The notes under the pieces are model-generated. The model was not told the DNA's origin. It saw nothing but the letters and a program-made list of their open reading frames with translations, and did no database searches. The translations under genes and the position numbers were made by a program. Below, one piece after another: positions 36,671 through 44,756 of a DNA stretch of 49,031 nt (its first letter is position 1; every line of letters begins with the position of its first letter). The DNA is from Pseudomonadota bacterium (GTDB lineage: Bacteria; Myxococcota_A; Bradymonadia; Bradymonadales; GCA-2716585), in contig SYOX01000371.1 in NCBI GenBank assembly GCA_005804885.1, forward strand, positions 1 to 49,031. Direction: 5' to 3'.

Positions 36671-39600
36671 CAATCAAGGTCGGGGTTGGCGATGAACACG
36701 GCGCCGACCTCGCCGAAGGCCGCGCCGTCGCGCTCGGCGAAGGGGGCGCCGATGAGCAGGACGGCTGCGCCCCCTGATCGATCGGCGCGCAGCGCCCCTC
36801 CGGCGACGGAGTTGGCGAAGTTGCTGTCGGAGAAGAGCCGCTGGCCGGCGATGACGAGGTCAGGGCGCGAGAGGGCGTCGGGCTCCCGACTGCCGAGGTA
36901 GAGGTAGGCCGCCCCGCTGCGGAGCGTGCCCGAGAGGCTCGACAGCCGCGAGCCTACGAGCAGGTCTGGCAGGCCGTCGCCGTTGACGTCGCCGATGGAC
37001 TCCAGGGCGTAGCCGAAGTTGGTGTTGGCCACGCCCTCGGGATCGATGATCCGGCCGATGACGTGGGCCGGGTCCAGCGACATCGTGGCGTTGGAGGTGA
37101 GGCCGGCCAGATCGCCTTGGAGCTCCGCGCCGCCGAGGATCAAGACGACGCCCTCGTTGGTGGTCCCGAAGCCGGAGGAGGAGACGGCCAGATCGCCGAC
37201 GCCGTCGCCGTTCATGTCGCCGATGGCCGCGACCCGGAAGCCGATGTTGTCGCCCGCCCGCTCGCCGTAGATGTCGATGATGACGGGGTCGACGGGGCAC
37301 CCGACGCCGCCTCGGCCGAGCCGGACGCGCAGCACCCCGGAGTTGGCGGCGGCGGGATCGTCGCTGTTGTAGCCCGAGGCGATCAGATCGTCGCAGCCGT
37401 CGCCGTTGAGGTCTGCGCCCGCGACCCCGTGCCCGACCAGATCCGAGACATTGCTGCCCTCCCCCACAAGGTCGGCCTCGGCCACGCAGATCACCGCCGC
37501 CTGTCCGGGGAAGGCGCGCCCGCGCCCCGACCACGCGATGCCGCGCTGGCCGTTGTAGTTCCAGTTGGAGAAGATCAGGTCGTCAAAGCCGTCGTCGTCG
37601 ATGTCGAAGCCCCCGGCGAGCTCTCGGCCGGCCTGGACGCTGGCGATCTGGGGTCCGCAGAGGGTGAAGTCGGGCGCGTTGAGCTCGATGAGGCCGCTCG
37701 GATCGCGCTGGCCCCTGTCGAAGGCCGGGCCGCCGCGGTAGACGAAGATCGCGCCGGTGTCGCTCAGGAAGGGCCCGCCCGCTCGGCAGGCCGCGCAGGG
37801 GCCGGCGTTGTCCTCGAAGGGCGCCGCGATGGCGATGTCGCCGAAGCCGTCGCCGTCGTAGTCCCCGGCGCCGACCAGAGTGAAGCCGAACTGATCGCTG
37901 CCCGAATGCAGCGCGTGGCGCGCGAAGATCGCGTCCGGCTCGGCGCCGACCCCTTCTGGCCCGCCGAGGTAGAGGAAGACGGCCCCGGCGCTGCCGTTGG
38001 GCTGGACGTAGGTGCCCAGATCGCGGGTCATGTCGTAGAGCGGGGCGGCGGCGGCGAAGTCGTTGAAGCCGTCGGCGTTGAGGTCGCCGACGGCGGCGAC
38101 GCGGGCGCCGTATTGATCGTCGTTCTGGTTGACGACGTGCTCGACGGTCTGGAGCGTGTCGAAGGAGGGGGCGGGCTCCGCGCCAGACTGCCAGTAGAGG
38201 CGCCCGAGGTGGTCGTCGACGTCGTCGGGGTTGAGCGCCCCCCGGGAGGCCAGGACAGCCCAGTCGCCGACGCCGTCGTCGTCGACGTCGCCCAGGACCG
38301 CGACGCGCTGGCCGAAGAAGTCGCCGTTCCCGGCCGGCTCGTTGACGACGAGGGTGGGCGCAGAGAGGAAGGGCCCCTGCTCCACCCCGCCGCACCCCTC
38401 CGGGCTCACGAGGCCCTTGTAGACGCGCACCTCGCCGACGTCGGCGACGGTGCTGGGCTGCTCGCCGAGGCGCACGCCCACGATGATGTCGTCGATCCCG
38501 TCGCCGTCGACGTCGCCGACGCCGAAGGAGGAGCCAAGCTGATCGTTGGCTTCGCCCTCGATGACGAGGTCGGCGCCGGTCTTGAGGAGGGCGATGGGCG
38601 TCAGCGGGCTCCAGGAGGGGTCGCCGAAGAAGACGTTGAGCGCGCCCGCCGCGGTGTTGCCGCCAGCCAGCTCGGCGGCGGTGAACTGGGCGACGACCAG
38701 ATCGGGGACGCAGTCGCCGTTGAAGTCCCCGAAGCCGACCTCATTGCCCATGCGGCTGGCGCGCCTGCGCTCCTCGGTCGCCGGCCAGACGGTGAGCGCG
38801 GGGCTCGTGGACAGGACGCAGCCGCCGGGCCGGCCGCCGTCCTGGATCGAGGTGTAGAGGGAGGCGAAGCCGTGGTTGGCCTGGGCGAACTCCGCGCCGA
38901 CGAGGAGGTCGTCGCAGCCGTCGCCGTTGACGTCGGCGGCGGCGATCCGGGCTCCGAAGTTGAAGGTATTCTCAGTAAACACGCGTCCATCCTCGCCGAT
39001 AGCGACACCATCGATGAAGAGGTCGGGCTGCTCGGGCAGGCCGGCGCCCTGTCGGTTGAGGTAGATGTAGACGCGGCCGATGTCGGTGAAGGGGGTCCCG
39101 GTCTGGGGGTTGACCCTGGCGGTGGCCTCGGCCCTGTAGGCGGAGACGGCCAGGTCGTCGAGGCCGTCGTTGTCGAAGTCCCCGGCGGCCATGGCCCAGC
39201 CGAAGAAGTCGTTGTTGCTCTGGCCGGGCAGGCGCCGCCAGAGGTTCATGGGGACGGTCTGTCGGGGGGGCAGGGGGTTGTCGAGCAGGCGGCCGTTGAA
39301 GTCGATCTGCGCGGCGTCGGGGCCATCGTGGCAGCCCTTGAAGACGCGCACCTCGCCGACGTTGGTCAGGCCGAGGCGCTCGCCGTAGACGCCGATGGCG
39401 ACGTCGCGGCAGCCGTCGTTGTCGAAGTCGCCCGAGGCGATGGAGCGGCCGAGGCTGTTGAAGCGCTGGTTGCCGACGAGGATCTGGGCGGGCTCGGCGC
39501 CGAGGCCGAGGCCCTGGGCGGTGGGCTGGCCGCCGAGGTAGAGGAAGGCCGAGCCGGAGAACTGGCCGTTGATCCCGCCGTTGCGCAGCGCCAGGACGGC

Positions 39601-40833
39601 GTCGGGAAATCCGTCGCCGTTGACGTCGCCGACCCCGGCCAGGTCGGAGTCGTCGGTGTGGGCGCCGTAAGCGGTGGCCGGGTGGAAGCTCGACGCCATG
39701 ACCTCGAAGGGGATCAGGGTGACCACGTCGGCCAGGAAGGCGTCCCGCACCGCGATCTGCCCCTTGCCGGCGCGCGGCCCCGCCACGAAGGCGGCCCCCT
39801 GCTCGTCGGGGTCGACGTCCAGGGCGCTGCCGGTGCCGTTGGGGGCCAGAATCTCGAACAAGAACGCGCCTGTACCGCCCGAGACGCCAAAGGAGAAGGA
39901 CTCTCCGACGGGGATGGCCAGGGCCGGCAAGGTGGCGCTGATCTCGACGGGGCCGTCCGTGACGATGACGGCCACCTGGAGGATCTGCCCGGTGCGGGTG
40001 TCGGTGATCTGGAGGATGTCGACGCCCGCGCGGCGGCCGGACAGGTAGCAGCCGTCGTCGCTGATCGAGGCCGAGTCGCCCTCATTGCCGCGGACGATCT
40101 CCCACAGGAAGGGGGAGTCTGCGCCGTCCTGCGGGCCGCTGCCGCCCTCGACGCTGAAGCACAGCAGCTGCCCGGTGGGGATGGTGGGCTGCGAGGGGGC
40201 GACGGTGGCGCGGCGGACCACGCGGACGCTGGCGGTCAGGCTCAAGGCGCAGCCGGTGTCGATGACCTCCACGGCGTAGTCGCGGTCTTCGGCGGCGCCG
40301 GCCAGGAAGATGCCGGTGTCGGGGTTGACGCTGGCGCCGTCGGGGTTGTCGGCCAGGGCGAAGGTGTAGAGGCCGCTGCCCCCGTTGGCCTCGATGCGGA
40401 CGGTCCGCAGCGGGAGGCTGAAGTGCTCGACCTCGCTCAAGGCGAAGGAGTCGCAGTCGTAGATCGGGGCCTCGGGCTCCGGCGGCGCAGGCTCGGGCTC
40501 GGGGGGCTCGGGTTCGGGCTGGCCTTCGAGGGCGTCGGGCTCATCGGCGACGTCGGGCTGATCGGCGGCGTCGGGCTCATCGGCGGCGTCTTGATCATCG
40601 AGGGCGTCGGGCTGATCGGCGGCGTCGGGCTCACCGGCGTCGTCGGTCGCGTTGCCGTCGGGCTCATCGGCGGCGTCGGGGTCGTCGATGGGATCGACGG
40701 CGGGCGAGCGCAGGTCCTCGGCGCAGGCCAGCAGCGCGAGCAGCGGGAGCAGCGCGGCGGCCCTGAGGATCGCGGCGATCGCGACGGTGAGGGGGTCGTC
40801 GGCGGCAGATCGGGGCGCGGGGAGAGGGCGCAT
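36670..40833 (-). CDS. giant FG-GAP/integrin-alpha-repeat lipoprotein (paralog 2, about 1387 aa)
   Basis: Lipoprotein signal (LLPLLALLAC). Same architecture as its paralog, colinear with it: GDFDNDGCRDVAIG, GDFDNDGLDDLAVSA, DVNGDGCDDLLVGA, GDVDGDGIDDIIVG. Confidence 0.8.
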   Translation of the reverse strand: MRPLPAPRSAADDPLTVAIAAILRAAALLPLLALLACAEDLRSPAVDPIDDPDAADEPDGNATDDAGEPDAADQPDALDDQDAADEPDAADQPDVADEPDALEGQPEPEPPEPEPAPPEPEAPIYDCDSFALSEVEHFSLPLRTVRIEANGGSGLYTFALADNPDGASVNPDTGIFLAGAAEDRDYAVEVIDTGCALSLTASVRVVRRATVAPSQPTIPTGQLLCFSVEGGSGPQDGADSPFLWEIVRGNEGDSASISDDGCYLSGRRAGVDILQITDTRTGQILQVAVIVTDGPVEISATLPALAIPVGESFSFGVSGGTGAFLFEILAPNGTGSALDVDPDEQGAAFVAGPRAGKGQIAVRDAFLADVVTLIPFEVMASSFHPATAYGAHTDDSDLAGVGDVNGDGFPDAVLALRNGGINGQFSGSAFLYLGGQPTAQGLGLGAEPAQILVGNQRFNSLGRSIASGDFDNDGCRDVAIGVYGERLGLTNVGEVRVFKGCHDGPDAAQIDFNGRLLDNPLPPRQTVPMNLWRRLPGQSNNDFFGWAMAAGDFDNDGLDDLAVSAYRAEATARVNPQTGTPFTDIGRVYIYLNRQGAGLPEQPDLFIDGVAIGEDGRVFTENTFNFGARIAAADVNGDGCDDLLVGAEFAQANHGFASLYTSIQDGGRPGGCVLSTSPALTVWPATEERRRASRMGNEVGFGDFNGDCVPDLVVAQFTAAELAGGNTAAGALNVFFGDPSWSPLTPIALLKTGADLVIEGEANDQLGSSFGVGDVDGDGIDDIIVGVRLGEQPSTVADVGEVRVYKGLVSPEGCGGVEQGPFLSAPTLVVNEPAGNGDFFGQRVAVLGDVDDDGVGDWAVLASRGALNPDDVDDHLGRLYWQSGAEPAPSFDTLQTVEHVVNQNDDQYGARVAAVGDLNADGFNDFAAAAPLYDMTRDLGTYVQPNGSAGAVFLYLGGPEGVGAEPDAIFARHALHSGSDQFGFTLVGAGDYDGDGFGDIAIAAPFEDNAGPCAACRAGGPFLSDTGAIFVYRGGPAFDRGQRDPSGLIELNAPDFTLCGPQIASVQAGRELAGGFDIDDDGFDDLIFSNWNYNGQRGIAWSGRGRAFPGQAAVICVAEADLVGEGSNVSDLVGHGVAGADLNGDGCDDLIASGYNSDDPAAANSGVLRVRLGRGGVGCPVDPVIIDIYGERAGDNIGFRVAAIGDMNGDGVGDLAVSSSGFGTTNEGVVLILGGAELQGDLAGLTSNATMSLDPAHVIGRIIDPEGVANTNFGYALESIGDVNGDGLPDLLVGSRLSSLSGTLRSGAAYLYLGSREPDALSRPDLVIAGQRLFSDSNFANSVAGGALRADRSGGAAVLLIGAPFAERDGAAFGEVGAVFIANPDLD

Positions 40834-40858
40834 GGGCTTGTCCTGGGCGAGCTTTCCG

Positions 40859-42235
40859 TCAGGTGGCGAGGGCGGGGATGTAGCGGACGTCGCGGCCGAG
40901 GACGGAGCCGTCGAGGCCGGCGTTGGCCATGATCGAGCCGAGGATGTCCTCGGGGCGGATCTCCTGGCCGAGCGGATCGACGAGGCCGGTGCGGAGGTTG
41001 ACGGCCTGCGCGAGCATGCCCTGGTCGGAGGAGGCGCCGACGACCTTGCCGTGGGGGACGCCGGCGCCCCAGAGCAGGACGGTGCCGACGGGGTGGTGGT
41101 CGCGGCCGTCGCGGGAGTTGAGCAGGGGGGTGCGGGAGAACTCGCTGAAGGCCACGACGGTGGTGTGGTCGAGCCAGCTCTTGCCGGAGCCGTCGGGGTA
41201 GGGGCTGTCCTTGAGGGACTGGATGATGAGGTCGACGACCTCGAAGCCGGACTGCTGGATGGCGGGCTGATTGACGGCCCAGTCGTCGAAGTGGGTGTCG
41301 AGGCCGCCGGTGACGCGCAGCGAGACGCAGGTGCTGATCTGCTCGGTGATGGCCTGGACGGCGAGCATCCCGATGGCCTGGGGGGAGTTGAGGTTGAGGC
41401 CCTGGGGGAAGGTCAGGCGCTGGTCGAGGCGAGCGGCCAGTACGGCCTCGGCCTGGATCTCGCTGGCGCGGGCGCGGCGCAGGGCGTCGGGCATGCGATC
41501 GAGGGTCAGGCCGAAGTCATCGGGGCGGTGGAGGTAATCGGCGATGAGGCGGTCTTCGACCTCGGAGTAGCCCAGGTCGGGGCGTCGCAGAGTGTCGAGC
41601 AGGTCGGTGACGCTGGAGATCTTCAGCCCGGAGGCGGCCGAGGGGTGCCGGTCGTTGTAGGACTCGACGGCGTAGGCCAGGTTGGGCACGAAGGGCATCT
41701 GCTCGGGGGCGCCCTCGGCGTGGAGCTGCGCGGCGATCTCGGTGGGGACCGAGGCGCCGCGGGCCAGCAGGCCGCTGGGCATGCGCCCGGTGAGCAGGTA
41801 CCTGCGGCCGACCTCGTGGGTGACGGTGTTCATGTTGACGCCGCGGACCGCGCACAGCTCGCGGCGGTGGCGCCAGACGGGGGCGGCGGCGGGGCCGAGG
41901 GCGAGGTTGAGGGTGGGGTCAAAGTGGAGGCCGTTGCCCTCGGTGCCGCCGCGGGACCAGGCGGCCGGCAGGCGGCCGTAGGCGGGCTGGATGAGGGTCT
42001 GGCCGCGGGCCTCGTCGGTGAAGATCGCCGGGTCGCGGGGATCGGCGCCCAGCAGCGCGTCCCAGCCGCCGTCGAAGTAGCAGAAGATGAAGCGGCGGCG
42101 GTGATCGGGGGCGCCCGGTTGCAGCGGGGAGGCGGCCAGCAGGTGCCCGAGGTGACCCATGGAGAGGCCGCCGACGGCGGCGGCGCCGGAGGTCATCAGC
42201 ATCGCCTGCAGGAAGTCGCGTCGTGTCCAGCGCAT
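40859..42235 (-). CDS. Tat-secreted DUF1501-domain (sulfatase-like) protein
   Basis: Twin-arginine signal MRWTRRDFLQAMLMTSGAAAVG. DUF1501 core (FIFCYFDGGWD..., GRDHH). This family is typically partnered with PSCyt/DUF1549/DUF1553 or DUF1800 proteins. Confidence 0.85.
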   Translation of the reverse strand: MRWTRRDFLQAMLMTSGAAAVGGLSMGHLGHLLAASPLQPGAPDHRRRFIFCYFDGGWDALLGADPRDPAIFTDEARGQTLIQPAYGRLPAAWSRGGTEGNGLHFDPTLNLALGPAAAPVWRHRRELCAVRGVNMNTVTHEVGRRYLLTGRMPSGLLARGASVPTEIAAQLHAEGAPEQMPFVPNLAYAVESYNDRHPSAASGLKISSVTDLLDTLRRPDLGYSEVEDRLIADYLHRPDDFGLTLDRMPDALRRARASEIQAEAVLAARLDQRLTFPQGLNLNSPQAIGMLAVQAITEQISTCVSLRVTGGLDTHFDDWAVNQPAIQQSGFEVVDLIIQSLKDSPYPDGSGKSWLDHTTVVAFSEFSRTPLLNSRDGRDHHPVGTVLLWGAGVPHGKVVGASSDQGMLAQAVNLRTGLVDPLGQEIRPEDILGSIMANAGLDGSVLGRDVRYIPALAT

Positions 42236-42284
42236 GGCTCATAGCTCCTGCGCGGCCTCTGGGGTGGCCGCGTCGTCCTGAGGG

Positions 42285-43019
42285 TCAGTAGAGGTAGAAC
42301 TCCGGGGAGCTCATCAGGCCGACGCACACCGCCCTCCAGCCCTTGGCGGGGCTGCCGGTGGCGTGCGAGGCGGAGCGGAAGAGCCAGCGCAGACGCGAGA
42401 GGCCCTCAGGGTCATCGAGGTCGACGTTGTGGCCGGTGATGCGGAGCTTCATCGCCCGCAGGTTCCGGTCGATGGCCTGGCGCCCGGCCTCGTCGGCCGC
42501 CTCCCAGGTCAGCGTCGGGTCGACGTGGCGGATCATGATCCGGTCGTCGGGGTGCATGTCGAGGTCGTCCTGGATGGCCTCGTCGCAGACCGCGCGGACG
42601 CCGTCGCCGAGGAACTTCTGGAAGACCAGCGAGGCGTCCAGGTCCTCGTTGGTGGTGTCGATGTAGTTGGGCACGCCGAGGGTGGGGGCCAGCCTGTCGA
42701 GCTGATCGCGGCCCTGGGCGTCGTGCCAGGTCAGCCCGCCGGTCGCGACCCGGATGGCCGCCTGGAGCTGCGCGACGCTCATGCGGCGCAGGTTGCGGCT
42801 CGTCGCATTCGGGGTCGGGGTCAGGTCCACGTCCCCTGCCGAGGCCCGCTCGCCCTCCAGGGCGGTGTGGTCCGAGGGCGGCGCAAGCCCGGCCAGCGGC
42901 GCAAGCGTTGGTGATTGTTCAGGATCTTGAGGAAGAAGGGCCTCCTCGGTGCGATCCTCCGAGGCGCAGGCGACGAGCGCGCCGAGCGCCAGTGCAATGG
43001 TCCAGAGCCTCGCGCTCAT
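42285..43019 (-). CDS. hypothetical lipoprotein (244 aa)
   Basis: Internal ATG giving MSARLWTIALALGALVAC (lipobox). The start overlaps the upstream gene's stop by ATGA. Confidence 0.6.
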   Translation of the reverse strand: MSARLWTIALALGALVACASEDRTEEALLPQDPEQSPTLAPLAGLAPPSDHTALEGERASAGDVDLTPTPNATSRNLRRMSVAQLQAAIRVATGGLTWHDAQGRDQLDRLAPTLGVPNYIDTTNEDLDASLVFQKFLGDGVRAVCDEAIQDDLDMHPDDRIMIRHVDPTLTWEAADEAGRQAIDRNLRAMKLRITGHNVDLDDPEGLSRLRWLFRSASHATGSPAKGWRAVCVGLMSSPEFYLY

Positions 43020-44719
43020 CGGATCCTCCTGTAGGCCGGGTGGGTGACGATGGCCTTGACCAGCGCTTTGATGTTGTAGTCGCTCTGGACGAAGCGCCGG
43101 GTGAGATCCAGGCGCGCGTCGGTGTCGGCCTTGCTGGCCGTCAGGGGGCGGCGCATGAGGTGCTGCCACATCTTCGAGACGGTGGCGCTGGCCAGCGAGC
43201 CATCCTGAATGGAGCGCTCGACCCAGAGGCGAGGGCCGTAGGTGGCGTTGATCTGGTGCTGCTCGCCGAGGAACTCGTAGCCGCGCAGCACCCCGAGGTA
43301 GGGCTCGCGATCGGCGGGGACGATGGAGACGACGTACTCATTGCGGCAGTAGGCCGGGCAGGTGCCGATGCCGGAGCGGGCGCAGTCCTCGCACACCTCG
43401 TCGTAGATGGGGAAGGCGGACTCGGCCAGGTAGCCGCCGCCCTGCTGTCGCCAGCGCGCCCAGTGGGCGGCCCAGGGCTCGACGGCGTTGTGGCACTTCT
43501 GGCAGCCGCAGACCTTGGTCAGGTCGGCGCTGTCGGTCTTGCAGTCGGGGCTGTCGGTGCCCTGGGCGGCGTCGAAGTGGCTGTCCAGAAAGGCGTTGTA
43601 GAAGCGGTTGACGCGACCCCGGTTGGTCTGGAAGCGCAGCAGGAAGGCGTAGGACGTCAAGATCCCCGAGTGCTCCTCACCCTGAAGCACGGGCAGCCAG
43701 GTCTGGTCGTCGGTCCAGGCCAGGTCGGGCAGGAAGACCGGGTCGACGGGCGCCGGATCGAGGTTGACGTTGGTGGCCAGCGCCATCTGGTGCTTGTAGT
43801 AGTGGACCAGGGGGCCGTTGATGAAGCTCATCCGGGTGGTGAGGATCTCGTGGTAGGGCTTGTCGCCCTCGATGACCCACTCGATGAGCTTGATCATCTG
43901 CTCGCCGAGCGCGAGCCCCACCTGAAGCTGGACGTCGATCCCGTCACCGCGGAAGTCGCAGTAGCGCATGTTCGGCCCGCAGCCGCAGGTCGTCTCTCGC
44001 TGCGACGCCATCGTCCCGCAGCCGACGCCGCCGCTCTCGCTGCGCTCGGCCTCCTGGGCGTCAAAGGCGCACACCTTGATCTCGGTCTCGGGCGCCCAGA
44101 AGGGCTCGACCCAGACCCAGCCCTCCAGGCAGCGGCCCGTCTCCCGATCGCACTCGACCTCGATCCGCCCCTGGGCGTCGAAGGTCGCCGGGCGGTTGTG
44201 GCAGGGGATCGCGTCGTTCTCGTCGTCGCCGAGGCCGCCTCGGTAGTAGACCCCCTTGCGGCGCAGGTAGTGGACGGTGTGGCGGTCGTTGGGCGGCCCG
44301 ACCGCGACCCGCGTCAGATCCCATTGGAACTGGATGTACTGAATATTGCTGACGTTTGCCCAGAGCAGATCGCGGTGGTAGGTCCGCATCCCCTCCAGGA
44401 ACTCCTCCGAGGCGAGCATCGCGTCGATGGCCTCCTCGGGCACGTCGGGCAGGCCGTCGAGCGCCTCGTACTGCTCCAGGGTCGGCGGCGCGCCCGTCAG
44501 GTCGAGCGAGAGGCGCTTGAGGGTGGCGTACCTGTCCAGCGAGGACTCGCGGGCCATGTCCATCGCGGTCCCGGAGGCGTCCTGGGCTTCGGCGCGCGAG
44601 GGCAGCGGGGCCTGGAGGGCCGCCAGCGTCAAGAGGGCTGCGGTCAGCGCCAGCCCTGGCGCGGCGCGGCGCCCGGATCTGCGGCCTGCGGCATCGGCTC
44701 TTCTGGTCAGTCTCTCCAT
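43016..44719 (-). CDS. secreted Cys-rich protein with a CxxCH (c-type heme-binding-like) motif
   Basis: Signal peptide (AAPGLALTAALLTLAALQAPLPSRAEA). More than 20 Cys, including VCGCQKCHNAVEPW (CxxCH). Internal ATG (MERLTRR...) chosen over the Arg/Ser-rich ORF-track N-terminus. Confidence 0.65.
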   Translation of the reverse strand: MERLTRRADAAGRRSGRRAAPGLALTAALLTLAALQAPLPSRAEAQDASGTAMDMARESSLDRYATLKRLSLDLTGAPPTLEQYEALDGLPDVPEEAIDAMLASEEFLEGMRTYHRDLLWANVSNIQYIQFQWDLTRVAVGPPNDRHTVHYLRRKGVYYRGGLGDDENDAIPCHNRPATFDAQGRIEVECDRETGRCLEGWVWVEPFWAPETEIKVCAFDAQEAERSESGGVGCGTMASQRETTCGCGPNMRYCDFRGDGIDVQLQVGLALGEQMIKLIEWVIEGDKPYHEILTTRMSFINGPLVHYYKHQMALATNVNLDPAPVDPVFLPDLAWTDDQTWLPVLQGEEHSGILTSYAFLLRFQTNRGRVNRFYNAFLDSHFDAAQGTDSPDCKTDSADLTKVCGCQKCHNAVEPWAAHWARWRQQGGGYLAESAFPIYDEVCEDCARSGIGTCPAYCRNEYVVSIVPADREPYLGVLRGYEFLGEQHQINATYGPRLWVERSIQDGSLASATVSKMWQHLMRRPLTASKADTDARLDLTRRFVQSDYNIKALVKAIVTHPAYRRIR

Positions 44720-44756
44720 CTCACGCCCTCCTGGGTCGCCGAGGCGACCGCCCTGC

